From assembly GCA_949291625.1 (NCBI GenBank), contig CASEWY010000119.1:1-38344 (forward strand): a stretch of DNA of 38,344 nucleotides, written 5' to 3'. The stretch comes from an uncultured Bacillota bacterium (GTDB taxonomy: Bacteria; Bacillota_I; Bacilli_A; Erysipelotrichales; Erysipelotrichaceae). Under the pieces are notes generated by a model. The model was not told the origin of the DNA and searched no databases. It saw only the letters and a list, made by a program, of their open reading frames with translations. Within the stretch, counting starts at the first letter, position 1, and each line of letters opens with the position of its first letter. The position numbers were made by a program, and so were the translations under genes. Shown here one piece after another: positions 19,465-26,567 of the stretch.

Positions 19465-20620
19465 TTTCTTTTTCCTTTGTTTTTAGTATTTGACAATCAT
19501 TCAAAGTTTTATGACCATTAACAATTTCTTCTGCCATAATACGACATGTTGGTAAACCACAAGCCGTACAATCATAACCTGGTAATTTTTCTAATTGTAA
19601 ATTTACAGCATTAAAATATTTAATCTTTTCTTTGATTGATCTTTGATCTACATCTATATCTTCATCATTATCTTTTATAAAATAATGTTCATCAATTGAC
19701 ATTATTTCATTAGTAGAAGCAATTTTATCAATATTTTTTATTGCTGTATAGGCATTACCCCACATCAAATGACCTCCGATACAGCCTCCATAACAAGGAT
19801 ATAATCTAATTAAATTATATTCTTCCAATAATCCAAATTCGGCTAATTCTAATATATTTAATATACTATCAAAGCCATCAGTAACTAAAATATTAGGATT
19901 TTTTTCAATAGTAAATGGTGATGTAACCATTAAACCTTTTTGACTTAATTTAATATCTTCCTTATTATCCACCATCAAAGATTTAATCTTTGGAAAAATA
20001 TCTACAATACTTAAAGCGTGATCAACTTCATATTTAAGATTTTGATAAGGATATTTTGCCAATGCTAATTTAGCAGCACATTCACATAAATTAAATATTC
20101 CAATTTGTTCATTTTTGTGTTTATCTCTTATAATTTTTGCCATAATTTCACTAGGATAATTTATTGGCAAAACTTTATCTTCAAGTACCGGAAATTTGAT
20201 TTTAATTAAATTGTTTACCAAAGGACAAAATGAACTAATATGCATTTGATTACTAGGAAAATTTTTTGCCTTTTCAAATACCGCTGCTTCAACAGGACTT
20301 AAATCAATTATTTCATCAAAGCCTAATTTTTTTAAAGCATTAAATAATTCATTTACCTTTTGTTTTGACTCTAAATGACAAGATAAGGCACTAGGGACAA
20401 GACAAACAGTATATTTATAACTATTAATATCATCTAAAGTACTACCTTGAGCAGTCATACCTTTATGATGACAGGCATTAATACATTTAAAACAATTTAT
20501 GCAATTTTTTTTATCTATTACAATACGATTATTTTGCATGCGAATTGCTTTAGTCGGACAAGCTTGGACACAACGCATACATTTAGAACACTTACTTAAG
20601 GTATAAGTAATAACGCTCAT
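19454..20620 (-). CDS. HydS-like [FeFe]-hydrogenase-domain FeS protein (putative sensor, no PAS domain)
   Basis: 388 aa. It has 2 ferredoxin motifs (CSKCMRCVQACP, CINCFKCINACH), degenerate H-cluster motifs SSFCP / LCECAAK / PCYGGCIGG, and a C-terminal CTACGLPTC-x16-C. Confidence 0.75.
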   Translation of the reverse strand: MSVITYTLSKCSKCMRCVQACPTKAIRMQNNRIVIDKKNCINCFKCINACHHKGMTAQGSTLDDINSYKYTVCLVPSALSCHLESKQKVNELFNALKKLGFDEIIDLSPVEAAVFEKAKNFPSNQMHISSFCPLVNNLIKIKFPVLEDKVLPINYPSEIMAKIIRDKHKNEQIGIFNLCECAAKLALAKYPYQNLKYEVDHALSIVDIFPKIKSLMVDNKEDIKLSQKGLMVTSPFTIEKNPNILVTDGFDSILNILELAEFGLLEEYNLIRLYPCYGGCIGGHLMWGNAYTAIKNIDKIASTNEIMSIDEHYFIKDNDEDIDVDQRSIKEKIKYFNAVNLQLEKLPGYDCTACGLPTCRIMAEEIVNGHKTLNDCQILKTKEKENEN

Positions 20621-20624
20621 ATTA

Positions 20625-21038
20625 TTACCCTTTAAATGAAATGGTCAAAATAGTTCCTTCAGGACTAGTTTTAATATCAAAGGTATCAGATACCCTTTTA
20701 ATATTAACTAAGCCCATGCCAGCTCCAAAACCTAGATTCCTAGCCTTTTCATTTGCTGTAGACCATCCAGGCGTCATAGCTTTGGTTAAATCAGGAATTC
20801 CTGGTCCTAAATCATGAAATATCAAGGTAATTAAGCCATCATCATCAACATCCATATGAATATTACCTCCATAGGCATGAATAACCATATTAATTTCTGC
20901 TTCATAACTAGCTACAGCAATTCTCCTTAAAATTTTAGGATCAAAACCAATTTCTAGAAGCATCTTTTTAATCTGACTACTAACTTTACCCATATTTTGA
21001 TAATCTTGATTGACCACTTCAAAATCCTTACTTAGCAT
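20625..21038 (-). CDS. RsbW/SpoIIAB-like anti-sigma-type Ser/Thr kinase (GHKL ATPase)
   Basis: 137 aa with SYEAEINMVIHA (N-box), HDLGPGIPD (G1) and GFGAGMGLVNIKR (G2). It is the single-domain architecture of partner-switching kinases. Confidence 0.85.
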   Translation of the reverse strand: MLSKDFEVVNQDYQNMGKVSSQIKKMLLEIGFDPKILRRIAVASYEAEINMVIHAYGGNIHMDVDDDGLITLIFHDLGPGIPDLTKAMTPGWSTANEKARNLGFGAGMGLVNIKRVSDTFDIKTSPEGTILTISFKG

Positions 21039-21393
21039 TTATACCTTTTAAACCTTGAGAATATAAGATTCCGCAAGCATCAAATAATGTATAATGCGTC
21101 GTATATACATTGCATCTTAAGTCTTTAGCCATTTCTAAAGTATCACTGTCCAACATTTTGCCTCTTACATAAATAATTAGATCAAGATCTAACATTTCTG
21201 CAGTCCTTAAAGATTGTGCATTACAACAACCAGTTAATAATACTGTTGAATTATCTTCATTAGATATCATAGCTAAAGCATCACTCATTAAATCGGAAGC
21301 AAAACAATTATTATATTCTTTATCTAATAATTGTGGTGTACCTATAATAATAGGTTTAGCATCTAAATAATTAATGATATCTTTAGCAAGCAC
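21028..21393 (-). CDS. DRTGG-domain protein (paralogue 1)
   Basis: 121 aa with a GTG start 2 nt after the hydC stop, preceded by GAAAGAAGG. It has a VLLTGCCNAQSLRTAEM core and is a paralogue of 19135..19464. Confidence 0.65.
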   Translation of the reverse strand: MLAKDIINYLDAKPIIIGTPQLLDKEYNNCFASDLMSDALAMISNEDNSTVLLTGCCNAQSLRTAEMLDLDLIIYVRGKMLDSDTLEMAKDLRCNVYTTHYTLFDACGILYSQGLKGINAK

Positions 21394-21395
21394 TA

Positions 21396-21887
21396 TTAAT
21401 GCCTTCTTTCAGCCTGAATAATCTTAGTTATGATATCCTCCACTACATTAGATTCATTCGCATTTCCATATACCTTGTCATCAATAATAACAACCGGAGC
21501 TAAACCACAAGCTCCAAGACATCTTGTAGCATCCAACGAGAACAAGCCATCATCACTTGTACCATTAATTGGTGCATGGGTAAGGTCCATGATGTGATTG
21601 ATCAACTCTTGCGCTCCTTTAACATAGCATGCGGTACCCATGCATACATTAATAACACACTTTCCTTTAGGTTCTGTCGTAAATTGCGTATAAAAAGTAA
21701 CTACCCCATAAACTTCTGCCACACTAACATTACAAGCTTCAGCTATTTTTTCCATCGCTTCAAAAGGAATATAGCCTAGCTCACCTTGAACAACATGCAA
21801 CATAAGCTTAACAGGACCCATTTTGTCTTTATGCCTCAAGACAATTTCATCAATCTTACGCCGCGACTCGATATTTAATTTTTCCAT
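21396..21887 (-). CDS. hydC: NuoE-like [2Fe-2S] subunit HydC of bifurcating-type hydrogenase
   Basis: 163 aa with the NuoE cysteine pattern CMGTACYVKG ... CLGACGLAP. Its RBS GGAGG is formed by the last codons (AGG AGG TAA) of the upstream permease gene. Confidence 0.92.
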   Translation of the reverse strand: MEKLNIESRRKIDEIVLRHKDKMGPVKLMLHVVQGELGYIPFEAMEKIAEACNVSVAEVYGVVTFYTQFTTEPKGKCVINVCMGTACYVKGAQELINHIMDLTHAPINGTSDDGLFSLDATRCLGACGLAPVVIIDDKVYGNANESNVVEDIITKIIQAERRH

Positions 21888-21893
21888 TTTTAC

Positions 21894-22637
21894 TTACCTC
21901 CTCTTCTCATAAAAATGAATTAAATTATTAAATATTATGTCAATTAATAAGCAAATGATAATAATAATTATCGTATAAGCAAATATATCTGTCATATTTA
22001 AATTTAATTTAGCTATTTGTAACAATCGTCCTATGCCCTTAGGAGCTTGCCCTAAGATTTCTGCCATAACTCCAACTTTAAAACCCAAAGAAAATGAAGT
22101 CTTTAGATTATTTAAAACTAGTGGCAATAAGTATGGAAGCAAATGATATCTTAAACTATCAAAAAAGTTTTCATGATATATTAGTTCCACATCTTTATAT
22201 TGCTTACTAATATTATCTAAAGCATATAATATATTGGAATAAATCATTGGAAATAATATCAAAAAACAAATAATACTAACACTTTTTGTAGAACCAAACC
22301 ATATAAGAATAATGATTATATAACTGATATTAGGTATCGTTTTAATTATCATATTCAATGGTTCAAAAAAATAACGAAGGCTTTTAAATTCATAGCCAGC
22401 AATTCCTAAAATTAAAGCAATTAATAAGCTAAATAAACAAGCATATAAAACATGTAATAAAGTTGCGAATAAAGATTTATAAAATGATAAATCAAACAAA
22501 ATTAATATAACTTGTTTTAAAGTAATAAATGGATAAGGAATTAATACATCATTATGCACAATATTAGCTAATATATACCAAAATCCTATAATTAACATTA
22601 TTGTTATAATGTATTCTTTTTTTACATGCTTTTTCAT
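21894..22637 (-). CDS. ABC transporter permease, NitT/TauT-like family
   Basis: 247 aa and multi-TM. It has LIWFGSTKSVSII and VMAEILGQAPKGIG segments typical of the SsuC/TauC-type permease loop. There is no SD, and the ATG lies 6 nt after a TATAAT. Confidence 0.8.
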   Translation of the reverse strand: MKKHVKKEYIITIMLIIGFWYILANIVHNDVLIPYPFITLKQVILILFDLSFYKSLFATLLHVLYACLFSLLIALILGIAGYEFKSLRYFFEPLNMIIKTIPNISYIIIILIWFGSTKSVSIICFLILFPMIYSNILYALDNISKQYKDVELIYHENFFDSLRYHLLPYLLPLVLNNLKTSFSLGFKVGVMAEILGQAPKGIGRLLQIAKLNLNMTDIFAYTIIIIIICLLIDIIFNNLIHFYEKRR

Positions 22638-22643
22638 ATGTAA

Positions 22644-22672
22644 ATTATACTATATAACCGCTTACATTTCTA
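22644..22672 (-). promoter_or_regulatory. putative promoter of permease/hyd operon (TAGAAA-17-TATAAT) with a cre-like site in the spacer
   Basis: The minus strand reads TAGAAATGTAAGCGGTTATATAGTATAATTTACATATG. TGTAAGCGGTTATA (22653..22666) matches the cre consensus TGWAANCGNTNWCA except C13->T. Confidence 0.4.
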
Positions 22673-22680
22673 TAAAAGCT

Positions 22681-22709
22681 TAAAAAAACCTAGTTTTTTT
22701 AAAACTAGG
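22681..22709 (-). terminator. Rho-independent terminator after the SBP gene
   Basis: The minus strand reads CCTAGTTTT-AAA-AAAACTAGG followed by TTTTTTT. It lies 9 nt after the SBP stop and upstream of the permease promoter. Confidence 0.75.
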
Positions 22710-22717
22710 TCAAAAAG

Positions 22718-23668
22718 TTATTTAATTAAAGCTTTTTCAATATCACTAATTCCAAATAAATTTAAGAAATTAGTTAATTCATCTTTTGCATCATTTGCAT
22801 TAACAACATTTAGATTTAAACGATTCCAAGTTGTACTAGCGATATTTCCATTTGGTACACCTAAGACATCAGCACCAACACTATCTACAACATCAACAAC
22901 AATACTACTATCCTGGTTAGCTTTATCTACAAATGATTTAATTTCATTTATAAATGTATCAATTCTATCTTTATTTTCATTGTAGCTTTCCTCTAGAACA
23001 AAGATACCTGCTTGAGGATATTTACCACCATATTTTTCTTCCCATAATTGTTGTAGATCACTCAAAATTTGTAATTCTACACCATTTTCTTTAGCTTTAG
23101 CAATTGTAGCTGTTGCTGCAGGTTCAGCTAACAAAGCAATATCAGCATTATCGCTTAATAAAGCTGCTTGAGCTTCAGCAACACTTGGATAATAAGTTTT
23201 ATTCATAGCTAAATCACTAAACAAATCTTCAAAAACTAAACCAACAACAGCATTTTCACCAAATAAAGCAATATCTTGGGCAGTTTCCATACCATTTTCA
23301 CTACCAACTAAATATAAATTACCCCAAGTTAAAACATCTAGTAATTTATAAGATGTCTTATCATTAGCGGCTAAATTAACACCTAAATTGGTTGGTGCAA
23401 TTATAATATCATATTCAGGTGAAGGATTAACTAATGAAGCTTGTAATACTTCACTGCCATCAACAGTAACTACATTATGAGTGCCTTCACTAATGATATT
23501 TGCTAAAGGTAAGGCAGTTGCTCCTTTAGGGGCTAAAACATTTAATGGTTCATAGCTTTCAGTAGTAGCACTAGGAGTTATGGTTTCTTCTATTGTTTCA
23601 TTTGTATTTTGTGAACAACCACTTAAAATAAGTAAACTTAATAATAATATCAATATTTTTTTCATCAT
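22718..23668 (-). CDS. ABC transporter substrate-binding lipoprotein (NitT/TauT/NMT1-like), substrate unknown
   Basis: 316 aa with a signal peptide and lipobox MMKKILILLLSLLILSGC, and an LLAEPAATA segment like SsuA/ThiY-type binding proteins. Its ATG overlaps the thrS TGA (ATGATGA), with AGAGG 9 nt upstream. Confidence 0.75.
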   Translation of the reverse strand: MMKKILILLLSLLILSGCSQNTNETIEETITPSATTESYEPLNVLAPKGATALPLANIISEGTHNVVTVDGSEVLQASLVNPSPEYDIIIAPTNLGVNLAANDKTSYKLLDVLTWGNLYLVGSENGMETAQDIALFGENAVVGLVFEDLFSDLAMNKTYYPSVAEAQAALLSDNADIALLAEPAATATIAKAKENGVELQILSDLQQLWEEKYGGKYPQAGIFVLEESYNENKDRIDTFINEIKSFVDKANQDSSIVVDVVDSVGADVLGVPNGNIASTTWNRLNLNVVNANDAKDELTNFLNLFGISDIEKALIK

Positions 23669-25428
23669 TCAGCTAACCTCTTTTGCTTAATTTCTTCCAC
23701 AATACTTTCTACAAAATCATTTAAAGACATTTTGATTTCATCCTTTTTACCAAAGCGACGAACTGTAACTATTTGTTCATTTTGATCAGTATCACCTACA
23801 ACAACTTCAACCGGTATCTTATGGATTTGTGCTTCTCTAATACGATATCCTAATTTTTCATTACGATCATCAACGCTTACTCTAACATTATATGCTTCTA
23901 AAGCTTCTTTTACTTTATTAGCATAAGCTAAATGATTTTCATGATGTACTGGAATAATAATAACTTGTTTAGGAGCTAACCACAATGGGAATGCTCCTGC
24001 AAAATGTTCAATCAATATACCGATAAAACGTTCAATTGATCCATAAATAACACGATGTAACATGATTGGTCTTTTCTTAGTACCATCACTATCGATATAA
24101 GTTAAATCAAATCTTTCTGGAAGATTCATATCTAATTGAATAGTTCCACATTGCCATTCACGTCCTAAAGAATCAATTAAATGGAAATCAAGTTTTGGTC
24201 CATAGAATGCACCATCCCCTGGATTAATTTTACAATCTTTTCCAGCTGCATGACATGCATGTTCCAAGGCTTTTTCACTCTTATCCCAAATCGCAATATC
24301 CCCGATGAACTTCTTTTCTGGACGAGTAGACAATTCAATAGTATATTTCAAACCAAATATAGCATAAATTCTATCAATAAATTTAATCAAACGAATTACT
24401 TCTTCTTCAATTTGGTCTTCACGCATAAAGATATGGGCATCATCTTGAGTAAATGTTCTTACTCTAAATAAACCATTTAGGGCACCACTAGCTTCATGAC
24501 GATGAACTTGTCCTAATTCACCTATTCTTAAAGGTAAATCTTTATATGAATGTAAACCATTTTTATATACTAACATGCCACCTGGGCAATTCATAGGTTT
24601 AATACAGAAAGTACGATCATCAATTTCACTAGTATACATATTTTCACTATAATTAGCCCAGTGTCCACTTAGTTCCCATAATTCTTTACTCATCATTATA
24701 GGTGTTTTAATAAATTGATATCCTTCTTTTGTATGTTCTTGATACCAGAAATTCTCTAATTCATTTCTAATAATCATTCCATTAGGTAAAAAGAATGGGA
24801 ATCCTGGTCCATACTCACTCATCATAAATAATTCTAGTTCTCTACCTAATTTTTTATGATCACGTTTTTTAGCTTCTTCTAAAAGATGTAAATGTTCTTC
24901 TAGTTCTTCAGGTGTATTAAAACATACACCATAAATTCTTTGAAGCATCTTATTGTTAGCATCGCCCTTCCAATAAGCACCACTAACTTTTAATAATTTA
25001 AAGTTTTTAAGTAATTTTACTGACTCAACATGAGGCCCTCTACACAAGTCAGTAAAATCGCCTTGTGTATAACAAGAAATTACCGTATCAGCTTCATCCA
25101 TATTATTAATTAAATCAATTTTATATGGATCATCCTTAAACATTTCTAAAGCTTCTTCCTTAGAAATTTCATGTCTAACAATACGTTTGCCGTCTTTAGC
25201 AATCTTCTTCATTTCTTTTTCAATCTTAGGCAAATCTTCTTCTTTTATTTCTTCACCATCTAAATCAATGTCATAATAAAAGCCTTCATTAATTACTGGT
25301 CCTACCCAAAATTTAGCATTTGGATATAAGTGTTTTACAGCTTGTGCTAATAAGTGAGCACAGCTATGATTTAAAACATGAAGTTGTTCATTTTCTTTAA
25401 TATTAATAATAAATCCTATCCTTTCCAT
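23665..25428 (-). CDS. thrS: threonine--tRNA ligase lacking the N-terminal TGS domain
   Basis: 587 aa. The editing-domain motif HSCAHLLAQA already appears at residues 21-30. Class II core and anticodon-binding regions are present (RGPHV, FRVRTFTQDDAHIF, QCGTIQLD). Confidence 0.95.
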   Translation of the reverse strand: MERIGFIINIKENEQLHVLNHSCAHLLAQAVKHLYPNAKFWVGPVINEGFYYDIDLDGEEIKEEDLPKIEKEMKKIAKDGKRIVRHEISKEEALEMFKDDPYKIDLINNMDEADTVISCYTQGDFTDLCRGPHVESVKLLKNFKLLKVSGAYWKGDANNKMLQRIYGVCFNTPEELEEHLHLLEEAKKRDHKKLGRELELFMMSEYGPGFPFFLPNGMIIRNELENFWYQEHTKEGYQFIKTPIMMSKELWELSGHWANYSENMYTSEIDDRTFCIKPMNCPGGMLVYKNGLHSYKDLPLRIGELGQVHRHEASGALNGLFRVRTFTQDDAHIFMREDQIEEEVIRLIKFIDRIYAIFGLKYTIELSTRPEKKFIGDIAIWDKSEKALEHACHAAGKDCKINPGDGAFYGPKLDFHLIDSLGREWQCGTIQLDMNLPERFDLTYIDSDGTKKRPIMLHRVIYGSIERFIGILIEHFAGAFPLWLAPKQVIIIPVHHENHLAYANKVKEALEAYNVRVSVDDRNEKLGYRIREAQIHKIPVEVVVGDTDQNEQIVTVRRFGKKDEIKMSLNDFVESIVEEIKQKRLAE

Positions 25429-25645
25429 AAAAAAACGCCCTTAACAAAGGACGTAATTAACGCGGTACCACCTTACTTCCATCGTAAAAATACGATGACT
25501 CTTTTGATATTTAACGCATATCTTTACGGCATTCTATTAAGAAGCTGCTCCAAGGTAGTAATTAATAAGTTAACATCTAATCTTGCACCATCCGATTAGC
25601 TCTCTATATGTGATCACTTATTAACCGTGTCCTTTTCATCACATT
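25429..25645 (-). promoter_or_regulatory. T-box leader (Thr specifier) with terminator/antiterminator, controlling thrS
   Basis: The minus strand has an AGAGAG box and a specifier region AATT-ACU-A-CCUUGGAG (ACT at 25557..25559, followed by ACC). The T-box is AAGGTGGTACCGCG (25461..25472). The terminator ACGTCCTT-TGTT-AAGGGCGT plus T7 (25429..25454) directly abuts the ATG. Confidence 0.88.
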
Positions 25646-25651
25646 AACTAT

Positions 25652-25680
25652 TTTATACAACAAAATATTTCTATTGTCAA
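25652..25680 (-). promoter_or_regulatory. sigma-A type promoter of the thrS leader (TTGACA-17-TATAAA)
   Basis: The minus strand reads TTGACAATAGAAATATTTTGTTGTATAAA. It has a consensus -35 and 17-nt spacing, and lies 5 nt after the ZIP stop. Confidence 0.6.
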
Positions 25681-25685
25681 TTAAT

Positions 25686-26465
25686 TTAACCTAAAGCGAC
25701 ATCTAAAATCATCATAATGATAAAACCTATCGCAAATCCAATAGTCCCAATATTTGAATGTTCATCTGCACTTGCTTCAGGTATCAACTCTTCTACGACT
25801 ACATATAACATAGCCCCTGCTGCAAATGATAAAAAATAAGGTAATAAAGGTTCTACAAAATTTATCATAAGTATTGTTAAAAATGCAAAAATTGGTTCAA
25901 CTATACCACTTAAACAACCATAGAAAAAAGATTTAAATTTATTATTACCAGCATTTTTAAGTGGTAATGATATTATAGCACCCTCAGGGATATTTTGAAT
26001 CGCTATACCAATACATAAAGCTAAAACAGAAGCTAAACTAACCAATTCATTACCATTAATAAAACTAGCAAATATAACCCCAATAGCCATACCTTCAGGA
26101 ATGTTATGCATAGTTACTGCCATTAATAACATCATAGTTTTAGATATTTTTTTATTTACAACCCCTTCTGGTTTATCACTATTTAAATGCAAATGAGGTA
26201 TTAAAGTATCTAGTAATAATAGAAATAGAAATCCAAATCCTAGACCAATAGCTGAAGGAACAAAAGCAAGCTTACCCAAATTATCGCTCATCTCTAATGC
26301 CGGTATTATCAATGACCAACAACTTGCAGCTACCATCACTCCAGCAGCAAAACCAAGCATAGCTTTTTGCACGCGACCATCTAATTTATCTTTTAACAGA
26401 AAAACCAAGGCACTTCCTAAAGAAGTACCTAAAAATGGAATAAATAAAATTAAGATATGATTCAT
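25686..26465 (-). CDS. ZIP-family divalent metal (zinc) transporter
   Basis: 259 aa and multi-TM, with paired HNIPEGMAIG and IQNIPEGAIIS metal-site motifs characteristic of ZupT/GufA-type ZIP proteins. Confidence 0.85.
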   Translation of the reverse strand: MNHILILFIPFLGTSLGSALVFLLKDKLDGRVQKAMLGFAAGVMVAASCWSLIIPALEMSDNLGKLAFVPSAIGLGFGFLFLLLLDTLIPHLHLNSDKPEGVVNKKISKTMMLLMAVTMHNIPEGMAIGVIFASFINGNELVSLASVLALCIGIAIQNIPEGAIISLPLKNAGNNKFKSFFYGCLSGIVEPIFAFLTILMINFVEPLLPYFLSFAAGAMLYVVVEELIPEASADEHSNIGTIGFAIGFIIMMILDVALG

Positions 26466-26567
26466 AATTACCTCTTTATAAATTTGTTAATATTTTATAA
26501 GAAAATAAATATTTTTTCCACTTAGGTGCTTAAAAATTAATAAATAAAGATAATTTAATAGTTTTTT

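Noticed and set aside
26476-26500. The inverted repeat TTATAAA-N11-TTTATAA and an 11/14 Rex-like match upstream of the ZIP transporter gene, considered as a Zur or Rex box.
   Set aside because: It has no resemblance to the TCGTAAT-N-ATTACGA Zur core. It is made purely of A/T, so chance occurrence in this genome is high. There is no rationale for Rex control of a zinc importer.
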